From contig OZ237743.1 of the NCBI GenBank assembly GCA_965178125.1, positions 806,001 to 870,000 of the forward strand: DNA of 64,000 bases, written 5' to 3'. The DNA comes from Bilabrum cf. latius (Eukaryota). Shown piece by piece: positions 37,001 to 50,700 of the stretch (position 1 is its first letter; every line of letters begins with the position of its first letter). The notes below the pieces were generated by a model. That model searched no databases. It saw only the letters and a list, made by a program, of their open reading frames with translations, and was not told the DNA's origin. Both the position numbers and the translations under genes were made by a program.

Positions 37001-38468
37001 CCAGCCCAGCATACGCTGCCATTGCCCCCACGGAGGTGCTCGATACCGGTATCCTGCTCTGCGTATCCTCCACAATGTACTCAATGTCCACGTTCTACCA
37101 CTGACTGATTTTGGATTGCAAGGCTGCATTCGGGCCAATCTAGCTGCAGCTGAAGTTCTGGCTGGCCGCCCCAACCGCAATGGCCGCCTCTGCCTGCCCC
37201 ACCTCAGACAGGCAGCTAGTGGCGAGGGCAGACCCAGGCCGAACGAGGCTATTACCGATTGCCGAAAGCATGTCCACATTCATTGTGTCTTTGAAGCGTT
37301 TCAGCGTGTCTTGTGTGCGATTAGATTCGCCGAAGCTGTTCAAAAGCGTCTGCACCTCGTCGGCGGCGCGCGCCCCTGGCTCGCCTAGAATACCCTGAAG
37401 GCTTGCTGCCGCCAGTAGCCAAACGGGCTGGTCGTCCATCCCGTACACCACAGGTCTCTCGTACCCAGCTGCTGTAAGTTGACCGCTTACCATGGTAGCA
37501 TTCTGGCTGTGCAGCGAAGTGGCCTAGCACCGGTCCCACCTGTCTCGCAGCGATGCCGTAGCCTCCCTGCCGGCACTCAAAGCTGATGTAGCAGCGTCCT
37601 AGTTCATGATGTAGAGCATTGCACTGAACGGATAGAAGCCCCAGTACACGACCGCAAGGCATATTAGCCAGAAGGCCGTCCTGTGCTGCTTCGCCCTGAT
37701 CTCGGCGCTTGGGTCACGGGACAGTGCTGCGCCAACCACGACAAGTGATAGGCAGCCAACAATCAAGAAGGCCGTGAGCACCCATATCTCTCCAACGGAT
37801 ATCAGGCGCTAGTCCTTAACCACCGAGGCAATGTCGTGCACGTTAAGGTCGCTTCCTCGCCCGGTCGTGGCACGAAGGATGTAGAGTACCCCAGACCATA
37901 GCTCCAAAGGCATCACGCCGATAATTGTTGTAGAGCCGTAACCCCACGCACTAGCTTGCCACTCAGAGGCCGAAGGGGGCAGATACACAAAAAATGAGTC
38001 TGCGACCACGACCGCAGAGGCGACCAGCAGGAAAAGAGCATGAATCGATTGGTGTGACCGCAGGCCCTGTGCGACGAGCGACGTATACAAATTTAATGCC
38101 ATACTAAAGCAGACAATCACTGATATTGCCAAGTATATCCCGCCTAGGGCACCTAATCCATTCTGTGCCGCTCCAACAATCGAACGCGATTGTACTGAAT
38201 CGCCTGTTGACGGCAGGGACACAACTAATTCCCTTTGCATTTGCAAGTCAGTTCGCCCACCATGTATAGACACAATATTATTGGACAGAGCATCGATCGC
38301 AATCACACCACCAAGCAAAACAATCGATGCAATAATCATTGTTATCACTGCTGGCTGAAACAACGCATATACAGCAGTAATGGTTTGCTCGGCATCATAC
38401 TTATAGAGCTATTTCTCTTGTCCACCATCTGATGGAGCGGCAGAGGCTGCACCGACTCCTGCCGGCAT
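34083..38468 (-). CDS. Multi-pass membrane hybrid histidine kinase (HisKA-HATPase-REC), copy 2 (~1,461 aa)
   Basis: Single intronless frame through 16 TAGs (38409, 37809, 37599, 37524, 37140, 37095, 36921, 36624, 36558, 36120, 36108, 36093, 35526, 35388, 35004, 34845); ends TGA at 34083. H-box RFLSHECRVPLN, NFTSNALKW, VYDQGPGI, GLGLAI, receiver VLVVDDS..LLDFSMPRMNG..VTGN..TKP. Start inferred. Confidence 0.88.
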
Positions 38469-38752
38469 GGTTCCTCTTGAAATGCTATTTCCGCCATGCC
38501 AATCGACGTGTCGCGCGCGGTGTTCCGGTATGCCGCGTGAGACGGTGCCGCGAGTAGAGCGAGATTATGGAAGTTATTGGTAAGCATAACGTATAAATGA
38601 GGCCGCACATAAGTAGCCAAGCTCTTCTCCACCTAATCCGAAGCCGCAGTGCTACAACCGACACAGACAGCAGTGTCCGTGAGGTGCACGACAGCATCGA
38701 GGAGAGAGCAAGCGCAATTCAAGCGGCGCTCATTTCAAGATATCAAGCATAA

Positions 38753-41700
38753 TCATGAAGTAGTCTAATCCTCTTGCTGCTCAGACTCCCCAGCAGAAAG
38801 CCTCCTATTCGATTTGATGCCAGCTCGCAGGGTGCCGATAGAGCTTGGTAGCCCGCTGGCGGCAGTCCTGGCTGTGCTCGCCGCTGCTGCACTCGCCGAC
38901 TGCTGCCCGAAGGCCTTCCTCTTCCTGCCACTAGTAGCCAATCGTCCTCTTCGCTGCGCAGGATTTCGCATGGATGCGAGTGCGGCAGCAGTGCTGGGCG
39001 ACTGCCCCTGGCCACCAGCAGATCCGGCAGCAGCGGCAGCATCCATCTCCGCATCACGCACTCTGACCCGCAGCTCCTTCACCTGACCTGCCATAGCAAG
39101 GTACTGCTCTCGTAATACGGTCCAGACTCCCTGGTCGGGCGCATCGAGCATGGCCCGGACAGTGCCCTCGCCGACCACGTCAGATTCCAGGTCACCACCG
39201 GGCTGAGTGGATCCCGCGGTGCCATCACCCGCAGACTGTTGCTGCATTTTGAGGAACATTGGGTTCATCTGCTGGTTGCCTGGATCAATCCTGTCGCCCT
39301 TGCGGTAGGCAGAGGCCGTGTCTTGCACAACACCCCCTGCGGCAGGCCCGTGGGTAGGAGCGCTCGCACCTCCCAGCGGCTTGCCACCTTTCTTGAAGAC
39401 ATTCAGCTTGCCCTCCAGCGCGGCCTCTTTGGCGTTCCTCACGGAGATGATGTTGTACACCTCCGCACACACGACGACGAAGAAGTAGATGATGCTGGAC
39501 GCGATGATCACCACCACCAGGATGGCCAGCCCCTCCCTCTCCGTCTCCCTGCTGTCCTCCTCGGCGAGAGCCTCAAACATCACGCCGGACAGCATCACCA
39601 GCAGGGCACACGCAAGCAGAGTCGACTCAAGCGTGTTGTAGTCGAAAGCACCCTGCACCAGCATCTCGCCGGCCCGCTCCAGCGTCAGCTCCTTGGGCGC
39701 TCCAGCCACCATCGTGTTGCTGTGCCCAGACTTGCGCCATTGCCGCATCATGCCTCGGATGTCGTCGCGCAGCTTCTGATGCACCGGGTGGCCCTCCTTG
39801 GCTAGCCTCTCGTGCTCTTTGAGCTCGTTGGGGAAGCGGGCGGGAGACATGAACGGGTTGTAGATGACCTGCATGGTGTACGCGAAGAAGACCACGAGGA
39901 GAGCAGAGGCCATCTGCAGGGAGGGCGTGCGCACGTACAGCAGCGAGGTGATGGCCAGCACGAACTTGCGGGCCAGCAGCACGAAGATCCAATGCACGTA
40001 GTCGGGCCTGAGCTGGTAGTAGGTCCGCGAGTACATCTTGCGCACGTCGAAGGCAAGGCGGTTCTCCTCCCTGGTCTCGCCACGGCCCATGGCGCGCAGC
40101 AGCTGGTCAATCATGAACAGCCTCCGGTTGTAGTAGTGCGCGTAGGCCATGAAGCCAGGGTAGATCACGGCGTAAGCAATCATGGCAATGATGGCCCACG
40201 GCAGCAAGGTCTGGTGCACGCCGCCCTTGAGATCGCAGGGCTCGTGCACGGCCTGCAGGTACATGATCGGGTCGCCGTTCCGGTCCCTCTCCACGGGATT
40301 GCCGCTGGCGCTGCAGTTCAGTGCGTCGAATATAATCCGGACCATCGGGTAGAACGAGAAGTAAAGAAGTAGAAGGGACATCTGCACGAGCATCCCAGTG
40401 TGAGTAAAGGCCTTCTTCTTGTCGGAGCCCCTGCAGCACACTTTGTACGCCGAGTAGCCGTAGTTGACGGCCAGCAGCATCAGGAAGATGGCTGGGATCA
40501 GCAGCACGAAAGCAGTCCATTTCTCGACAAAGTCCACGTCAGGCACGATACATTCGGGCGCCGTCAGCTCGATGTTCAGGTTGAAGGCAGACAGCACGTG
40601 GAAGAGCTCCTCTAGCATCTCCGGCCAGCGCACCCGACTCGAAGCCAGAGTGGCCACCACCTGGAAGTAGTCAGTGCCGATCGAGATGAAGGCGATGTTC
40701 ACCTGGGCCCGGTTGAGCGCGAACGCGGCGAACGCACCCGCCATGGCAGCGATGATGAACAGCACGATGAACACCTCCGGGTTGTCGGGGCACTCCACGC
40801 ACAGCCCAGACCTCTTGTAGTACCCCTCGGCGCACTGCGAGCACCGGAAGGGCCACCGCTCCGCGCTGTACCCCACGGCGCACTCGTTGTTGCCCAGACA
40901 GGCCTCCGAGGGCTCGCAGGGCGCCATCGTGTTGCAGTTGGGGGGGTCTCGAGTGGGCACACGGGCGGCCGTGCAGTAGCTCTCGCTGCGGCCATCGGGA
41001 TCCTCGAGGCCGAGGAGGTTGAAGTACCCGGGGATGGAGCGGGGCTCGGACTGGCACGCGAGGCACCCGGTGCGCTGGGCAGCCAGCTCGGGGTTGGGCT
41101 GCCCGTCCTGGTACATGAGTGGAACTGTGAAGTTGGTGAACCCGATGAACCCGTCGTTGTAGCCGTCACACTGTGCCCCCAGCGGGCAGGAGATGCAGTG
41201 TTCCCCAGGCTGGCCGTAGTAACCCGCCGCGCACACCGTCTCGAATGCGAACCCGGGCGTGGCTGCCGATGTCTGTCCCGCCACGGTGATGTTGATGGGC
41301 TTGTATCCGACCTCGAGCCACTCCAGGGAACAAGTGACGATCTGCTGCTCCTCGGGTGTGCCGGCGTTGTCGAGCAGCGACCCGCGCGTGTCGATGGACC
41401 GGATGGGGTTGCGGCAGGGGCGGCCGTCCACCCACACCTGCAGCACACGCTCTTCGTCCGTCCATCCGCGCGTATCCAGCGGGCCAAAGTTCCTGCCGAC
41501 GATCGTTAGTGCTGAGCTGCGCTCACGAAGGGAATCCTCGTCGTCTTCTAGCAGAGCACCGGGTGGTGGCACGATAGTAGCAGTGTCATCGTCCAGCCAC
41601 GGGTGGCGTTTCATCCGCAGGATGTTCGGCCGGATGTCGGTGATGACGGGGGGATCATAGCTCCACATGATCGGATCACTCTGCGCGATAATGTCGCCAT

Positions 41701-44700
41701 CGGAGCCGGCGATAGTCACCCGCACCTCCTTGTTCATGCCTATGCCTGGCAGAGACACGAACCGAAGCTCTCTATCAGTGTGAATCGTCACGCCAAAGCC
41801 GTCCCGCTCACGACTGCAGCTCTCCAACTGCCCGAAAGAAAGCGGAAGCGATGCCGAAAGCGGAGTGACAGCGCTGCTCACGCATCCCTGCGCAAAATCA
41901 ACGCGGACCATGTACGGCGGTGGGAACTCCAGTGGCAAGTCGGTCGAGTCGCCGGGCCGCAGGGGCGCTGGAGGCAGTGGCAAGGTCGGGCCGCCCTGCC
42001 CGTACGGGTCGAAACCTTGCAGCCTGCGCCCAAGCGGCAGCTCCTCTGTAGTGTTGCGCATGCCATTCAACACTGAGGTTGAACCCCAGCCGAACCCATA
42101 CCCTTCCAAAGACACGATCGAGCCGCCTGCCGTGCTTCCCGTCCCTGGTGAAATCGCTTGGATCACGGGGCGATCGTAGCTCAATAGAGCAGACCCCAAG
42201 TTGTCCTCCATCGCGCGCGGCTGTCCAGCCGCATTGGTGCCTAGGCTGCTGGCCAGCAGGTCAACTTCGTGCCCTCCAATGTACAGCACGAAGCGCCGGT
42301 TGCCCATACCTGGAGGCATCTCCACAATCACGCGCCCATGTGAGTGCACCCGGATGCGGCCGCTCCACACTTCGCCTTCCCACGGGTTATTCATGCGGCC
42401 GTCACACGTCAATGCAATGTCTCTTCTTGCAGGCAAGAACACGCACAAACCGCGCTCAGTCCCAGCGGCCCCGGCGATGGATGGATCGCCAAAGTCAGTA
42501 CCAGTTAGCGTGATGTTAAAGCCACCCGATGCCGGTCCACCGAAATCGAAGCTGCCCTCCGGCCTGGGACCCTGGAACGAGGGCGTCTCTGATACCACGG
42601 CCGCAGAGATGGTCGGAGGGTTGTACGAGTACATCCCAATGCCAACACCTGTCTGGCCACTGATTTCGACCTCGATGTCAATACCCATACCGATACCAGC
42701 GGGTGCAGTACACGTGATCCTTGAATGGGACGCGATACGGATCGCTGAAACACACACCCTGCCTCCGATGCGAACGACTGGCACCTCTGACTCGAGCAGA
42801 GTGCCGAAATCGTTGCCATCGATGATCACCAAATTGCCTCCGAGGGTAGGACGGTCTGTCGTTTGAATGGATTGAACGCTTGGCAGCCTGTACCAGACGC
42901 GAGGCGAGATGGCCGTGGGCTGGTCGCCAACCATGATGTCAAGGACGTACCCGTCGGCAGACCCGGTCTCGGCCACGCCGTTGCCCACGCCCTCGCCCAG
43001 CCCAACCACAATCTCAGTGTGGCTGCGACTGATTGCCGTGGCACCACCCGACTGGCGGATGCTGGTCATGTTGCCAAGCAGAACCCACGAGGCCTCGGCA
43101 CCGTTACGACCGTGCACCAGTTGAGGAGCGATCCCGAGGTTCTCACCCACGATTCGAACCTAGCCGCCTCGGGTGGGGATGCGCGCTGGCGCGTTATCGA
43201 GAGCAGGACTTGAGCTTTGCAGTTCCCATGCACTTGTGGAGCTCGGGCGGGCGTAGATCGCCGTTATAGTTGGAATGGCGTAGGCAATGCGGATCGCATC
43301 CGACTGTCCTGGAGTCTGCCCACGGTACACCACTAGCGGATTGTCGCTACCCTGGCCCTCGGGCAACCGGCAGTAGATGTCTAGCTGCGCGGTGGAAGGG
43401 TCGGCAGACGCATCAAGCTAGGACTAGATATCAAGGGCCACCTGCGCTGGTGTCCTGGCGTTGCCGTTTGAGTCTGTTATGGGGCAGATGCCCCCCTGTA
43501 GCCCCACCTCGATGCGCAGGGTCTCGGCTGCCTGCAGGTTCCCGATCCTGACGTGCAGGATCTCCCCACCCTGGGTGAGGAAACCGTCCTGCTTCCCCAC
43601 CAGACCAAACACACGGGGACTCTCCTGGCGGTATTCCCGCTCGGGGCTCATCTGCCAGTGCTGCTGCGGCACGTTGCTGGCCGGGCGAGTGACGACCCGG
43701 AGGCGGCCTTGCGTGACAGAGGTCACCAGTTCGATCCGGTCGTCCCGCCATTGCCTCCAGCGAGTCGTCATGTTGCGTGAGAGGGCCACGAATGTCGGGA
43801 GTTCCGCATCTTGGTCCGTGTTGATGGTTAGCCCCGCACCGCCGATTTCCGTCAGCTCCACGTAGCTCGCTCCGGTGCTCGGCCCGAGGTTCGCACCGAC
43901 GATCTCGACGATCCGCAGTTGCTCCAGCACTGCTAGGGATGGACCACTTGATGTGCCGTTGGACCCTGCACCTGTGCCATCCACCACGTCGTCGCCGAGA
44001 GCACGCCTTGCCGCGTAGACGTCCTGCGGGCTCGTCGGTTCAAGCCTCCGCAAAGTCACGAAGCTGATGAAAGGCGGGTCGTACGAGAAGCGGGCCGCGG
44101 CAACGTCCTCGGAGCGCCGTCCAGTCCACCAGTTCGGCGGGCGGTACGAGATGACCCTCACCGGGATGTCCTTGCCCACACCGGCGGGGATGGGCACGGT
44201 GATGGACTGGGCGGCTGCTGCAGGCAGGTTGTTGTACCACGTGGGGCTGCCAGTGCTCACGGCCGCCTGCACCTGGTCGATGCTCGGGATTCGGGCGGAA
44301 GCTTGCAAGAAGCTCGTGCCCTGCCCCCAGTCGTTCACTCCCATCACCACACGCACGTCTGCATTCGGATCACGCAGTCCCAGGTTCGAGCCCCGGATCG
44401 TCAACGAGGCCCCATTGGGGCTTGAAGGCGCACGCGCTGGCGCGATCGATGACACCACCGGCGCGGCAAAATCGAAGCAGCGGTCTTCAGGCTGAGTCGT
44501 AGTGTCATCGGTGGCTTCCTGGTCCGCGATGAGCATGCCGAAGCACAGGCCTTCGCCGATGCCTGGCGGCAGCGTGACGTCGATGCGCTGGTGGGACACG
44601 ACAGCGAAATCGACCGGGTCATAGAAGTTCTAGTCTTGCGTCTGGCTGCCATTTCGAGAGATTCCAGACAGGGTCACGCCACCTACGGAATACGCGATGC

Positions 44701-47700
44701 GCTGCACAAGGCCGGCGTCACCGTTGAATCCGGTCCCACTGGGGCCAAAGTACCTTCCAGCGATGCTGAGTCTCACGCCACCTTCAGTAGAGATGCCGTT
44801 GACATTCACTGGGGAGGACATTGCACCGACTGGGTGGATTGAGGTGATCACCGGGGCGGAGTAAGAAGTTACTGGGTTGCTGCTGTTCTGTCCGTCCACG
44901 CGAACGATCCAGTCGAGCGCACTCCCGGCACCCTGACCCATGATGCAGCTGATCTGCCTGTCTGGCACTGTCACCTCACACGAACCTGTGGCTGGAAGGA
45001 AGCGCAGGCGGGTCACACTGTCGTCGCCTGCACTGCCGGACGCATCCCCGGCGAGCGGCCGGCCGATCTCCTTGAAGTACTGCACGTGAATCCGGCCGTT
45101 CCATCTGCCAAAGTTCCTGCCGTTGATCATGATCTCCTCAGATCCGGCCGTATCAGCAGCACCCACAACATCAGACCCAGTCGGTGCGCTGGGACTAGCT
45201 TGGAAAGAGGCAAGTACGGGCGGGCCGTAGCTCATGCCTTCTGGAGGGGCGTTGAACGGCACCTCGCTCCTCTGGCCCGACACCTCAACGACGAGGGCAT
45301 GGCCGCGGCCTGTGCCCGGGGCAGTCTCGCAGGTGATGTGCGTCTCAAGCAGCGCCGCTCCGGAGGTACCCGCTGCCACCATACGGCACCCAACTGCCTC
45401 GTAGAGGTCAGCATCGGCACCACCATAGTACACTCGAACAGGCACAGTGAATCTACCGTTTACTGGTAGAGTAGCAGGACCCAAGGAAGAACCATCGATC
45501 CGGATGATCTGTCCGCCTTCAGTGTTTGCATCTGTTGCACCAGCACCCCCCACTGCTACAACAGACGGCTTGGCGTACCCGAAAGGACTCCCGTTCCTTG
45601 GCATCGAAAGCTGTGCGCTTTGACCACCCACAGTGACCCGAAGCCGGAATCCGGATCCAGACCCCGCAGGATACTCGCAGAACAAGCGAGTATGCGGCCT
45701 CGACCCGTCGTGCACGCAAGGGCCAAACGGCAGCAGGATGTCCTGCTCCACAGTTGCATTGGACCAATCCGCGTCCCTGGTGTTCAATACAAAGACAGCC
45801 TCTACAGGCGCTGATGCGGGTCCGAACTGGTCTCCTTCAACCAAGAAAAAGTTGCCGCCTGAGGTTGACAAGGAGCTTGCACCATTCCCACCGAAGCCGA
45901 CCCGGCCATCAAAGACGACTGGCGGCAGGTACGATGTCCCGTCAAGACCATCAGCACCGGCTGGGATCAGCCCACTCTAGTTTGCCACGGACACCATCCA
46001 GGCGTGAGGCCCGCCAGATCCAGGGGCACTAAGGACCTGAATGCTGCCGTGATCCACCGAGAGTACGCGCGCCGCATAAGTAGTTTCTGCTCCTGTAGGC
46101 CCGTACGATACAGTGACAGCACCTGGACGGGAGGTATATGAGGGCGGACCAAAGTTTGCCCCGTTGATCACAAATGTGTCTCCGCCAGTTGTGTTCATCA
46201 GCCTGCGGCCGACCGCGTCTCGTACGCTCACAGGCGCGGGAGCAGCAAACGTTGACACGAGCGGGATGTTGCTGGAGGCATTTCGGCCCGGGGCGATATA
46301 CAGCTGCCAGCGCCACCCGGTGCCTGCCCCCTCAGGAGTCAAACAGGCGATGTAGGATACCGACGATCCCACGGGCCGGCCCACAGGGGCAACTGCTGTG
46401 GAGTTGCCCTCGTCGTCTGGTGCGCTGGCCACGTCATCGTCCCCACCGACATCATCAGAGCCAGTGTCCCCATCGGGAGAGGAGCCATCATCATCGATAC
46501 CTAACAGCTGGGACTCGTTCACGCCTTGAAACCTGCATTCAACGGTGTACTCCAGACCCGAGGACACGCCAGCACCATCTTCAGCCCTGGCAGTCACCAC
46601 GGCCCACGGGTCATTGCCACGTACGAAAATGTTCGTCCCGTAGAACTGCACTACCTGTCCGCCTTCCGTGTTGAGCGCGAACGAGCTGAACGGCTCACCC
46701 TAGATGCCACCCCCTTCTTCTCCGCTAGACCCGCCTGGCACATCGCCCCCTGCGAGCAATACGCCGCTGATGATCGGATCGTCGGTAGTAATGTTGGCAA
46801 GCACATAGAGTGTCAGCACGGACTAGCTGGTCCGTCCGCCCAGATCTCTTGCAGTGATTGTCAGCGTGTCCTTGGCCTTGATACGCCTGCCGTCCTGCTC
46901 GAAGGCATCCATGGACTCGAAGTTCGCAGAAGCAGCTGTTGCAACAGCATACACTCTCCCGCCCGCATCGACGTCAAACAGGCCCAGCGCAGACGGACTC
47001 GTCGAGAACGTCGCGGAGTCGCCTGCATCGGGGTCAGCCACCCTCACATTGGCGCCCAGAGTGACATCCTCCGCATACTGCGTCTCGTCGATAGCGTACT
47101 CAGTCTCAGAGGCCAAGACTGGTGGCTCATTCACGTTGGATAGGACAATCGTAAGAAACCCATCGCTGAACACGGTGGAGTCATCCGAGTCCTCAGCGCG
47201 GTAGAGGATGCTGAAGCGGTTCTCGGGCCCTTCAAAGTCAAGAGCAAGCGCATCCACAACGACGCGCACTGACCCATCGGGGTCGATCTTGAACCTCCTG
47301 CTGTCCCCGAACTGCATCGAGTATGTAAGCTCGTCGTCCTCGGGGTCCTGGGCCACCAACCGGCCGACGAGCGTGTTGGCCACAGAGTTCTCGGGCACGG
47401 TCATCTGGGCATCCCCAGCGATGGGAGGGTCGTTCGAGTCAATAACGTTGACGTACACGGTCTTCGTGGAGTTGGCCTGCTGCGGGCTGCCCACGATGTA
47501 GGCGTTGATGAGCAGCGTAAAGTAGTTGCGCTGCGGGTTCTCGAAATCGAGCCCTCCATCAACGGCCAGCTTCAGCAGCCCGGAGCACCCGTCGATCTCG
47601 AAGATGCCCAGGTCGTTGCCCGCGAGGATCTCATAGATGATGGTCAGTCCGCTGCCTTCATCCACGGTGGCATTGAGCGTGCTACCGACGGCATCGCCCC

Positions 47701-50700
47701 TCTGCAGGTTTTCAGGGGCATCCAGCTCGATCACACCGGCGGGGAACTCGGGAGCCTTGAGTATGCACCCGATGCTGGTTCCGTCGAACGCAACTGCGCT
47801 GGGGCCGGTGCGCTGACACATGCGCTTCGTGCTTCCAGTGGCATCGTACCCTGCATCACACTGCAGTTCGCAAGCCCGCCCCGGCGTGAGGTCGTAGCAC
47901 ACCCTGTCCTTACTGCCGCCGCAGCTGGGGTCTACGCGGCTCACCGAGAAATCGCGGAATGCGGCCGAGGGGATAGCTCCAGACACCCACATGCCGGCGG
48001 AACCGAACCTGTAGCGTGAATCCTTGGCGGTGCACACGACCCTGTCGTTGAAGCTGCCCATCAGCATGCCGTCCTCTGTGACCTCCAGCGACAGCATGAC
48101 CCAGCTGTTGGCAGACAGGCCGGTCAGAGAGGCCTCGCCCACGCCGCCAGCTCCACCTGCGCTTGATGGCACTGGGTCTGCGCTGGAGCAGAGCGTCTAG
48201 TTGCTCCACACCCCGTTGGTGACCGTGTAGATCGCTGCGGTGCCCATATCCGCACTCACCGCGAAAATGTAGTAGCCTTGCCCTCCGCCGCTGATGCGGC
48301 TAGCGACTCCAGCCAGCTCACCTGACGGTATCCGCACCCTAGCGCCAACAGTCACTGCATCTGTGGTAGCTTGCCACGGCGAATCCGCCACAAAAACAAG
48401 CTGGATCTCCTTGGCATCTCCGCAGTCGGATGCATCGTCAAAATTGAAGCTGAGCGCGTCATCCATAGCCGCGGTGACGCCCCACCGGAATCCATTGAAT
48501 ACAGGGTAGACGCTCAAGGCTGCAAACGGGCCATCACGTCCAGCCGACAGGCTCCGCCCCGTTCGACTGGCATCCGTTGCAAAGCTCATAGCGAAGAGAT
48601 CTCGCTTGCAGCCCTCACGAAGTGCAAAGTCGTCGTCTGCCGGCGTGTCTGGGGCGGGGTCCCACTCGCATGCTGGCTCGCACACCAGGGGCGCACCGGA
48701 CCAGAAACCGCCGCCTCCGCACTGCCGATTGTACGTGCCTGTCACCCGTACGAAGCCGCTGCTGCACTCGTGCCTGCAAACGTCCCCGTTGCCGGCCGAC
48801 GAGCACGTCCCGTTGATGTACGCTGCGTTGGTGGGCGGGCTCAGGTCCTCGCAGGAACCCACGCCGTAGCGGTCGCGTAAGAAGGCGTGCACCGAGCTCA
48901 GCTCAGCATCAGTGATGGCACCCTTGAATATCCCAGCCTCAAAGAAGTTGCCTCTCAGCCGGTCGTTGCCGAAGGAGGTCCACCCGAACCTGACTCTGTC
49001 CTTCTCGAACGAATCTGTGAACCCTGTGACGGTGGAGAGCCCGCCCCCAAGTGTTCCAACCGGCAGCGGCTCGCCGTCTTTGAAAGCATCAATCTACCAT
49101 TCCAGGCTATCGTAGTCGCCGTACACGGACGAAGAAGCCGGCCGGATGCGGATCGTGAAGATGGAGGGTTGCGTAAAGTCGGTGGATTGCAGCGTGTACA
49201 GCCCCGCCCTTCGCCTGAAAGTATGGCTTGAAACACCCACGCGGACTTGCCCGTCCAGGGATCGGATGCCCCACCCCACCCTAGTGTCTGTTACATAGCC
49301 AGCGCACAAGTAGCAGGCTGACCTGCCGTCGGCTGGCTACACCACCACGTATGCCGTCAGTCCAGACCAGCCGGGACTGACCATGGGGTGCTGCATCACT
49401 TCGGCGTAGTCGTTCACGTCATCGAAGAACAGAGAATCAATGGAGTTGCGCCAGGAGTTTCGCTCAATGGTCGGCCCGCTGAACACGTTGATGTTCCTGC
49501 GGACGGCGCTCTGGTCAAATAGATGGCTGTTCACGACGAGTTCGTCGGCAGGGCTAGCGTGCACGACTAGGCCTTGTGACACGGGCAGCTTACTAGAAGC
49601 GCACACCGTCTCGCCGAAAGGCTTGTATGCAGTCACTTGCATCCAATCAACTCGGAGACCATCGTTCCAATCCGTGCCAAACCCAAAAGCACCGGGCCCC
49701 AGGGGGTAGTTGTCTACAGCCGAGATCACCTCCACCCCGTCACGGTAGACCTTGATCGTGCGCCTGTCCCTCGCGAAATCGTACCGGCTCTCTACCTTCC
49801 ACACGTGCCAGGACCGCTACACGTACGTCTGACTGGTAGTTGCGGCTATGTCAGCGAGATCAGACGTGGATCCCCTCCGCCTCTTCCGGATGGCCACACA
49901 GCGGGTCTGCGCTCCCATCTGCACGTAGTAGAAATTGTTCTAATCTTCGAAGTTGAACAGAAGCATGATTCGGTCGTCGTCGTCGTTGCGGATTCGCGCT
50001 TCGAAGTCGTAGTCGGGCCAGAACTCCCTCCCCCACGGCTCGTAGGTCGCAGAGGCGGAAAAGGCGCGCGAGCGGCAGATGCTGGTCACGTCCGTCCCTG
50101 CGGTGCCAAAGTTTGACCCGCCTGTATTCCTAGTCTGTCTCAGCTCGCCAGAAGTTACTACCCAGTTGGCCACGCCACCATTGTCAGTTCTTGCCACCGG
50201 AGACCAGCCCCTCCTCTCAGCACCACTACTGAAGTCCTAGCGCATGACCACAGTGTCGTTGCACGGCTAGCAAGGGCCCCCGCAGTCGATGAAGCGCTCG
50301 TCACCATCGAGGACACCGTTCGAGCACGAAGCAGACCGCTCCCATACGTGCAAGTTATCGAACTGCAGGTCCGTGCAGGCAGCCGTCATGAGGCCGGGCG
50401 TGTAGCTGCCTGGGATGGCGTTATAATCGGTCACGTCCACGAGGAGAGTGGTGCCGGATAGGAGCTGCAACCTGACGGCCGTGGCGTTGATTCGGTCGAA
50501 GCGAAGGTTGTGCCTAAAACTCCCACCACTCGTAGAGTACATGGCAGGGCACGGACGGACCAGCCCGCCCTCGAACTCGACGTGGTTGCCGCCGTGCACC
50601 TTGAAGATTCCGCATGCGTTCTCCTGCTCCGAGAGCACGTGGCCGTAGAAGTTGTCCTTGTCCTGAAACCACGTCATTCCCATGGCATCGTCGTCAGTGG

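Noticed and set aside
29141-38468. Bacterial or phage origin of the window (two-component genes, table-15-like code as in some phages)
   Set aside because: Spliceosomal introns, MOK kinase and other eukaryotic gene families flank these genes, and there is no operon or phage gene content.
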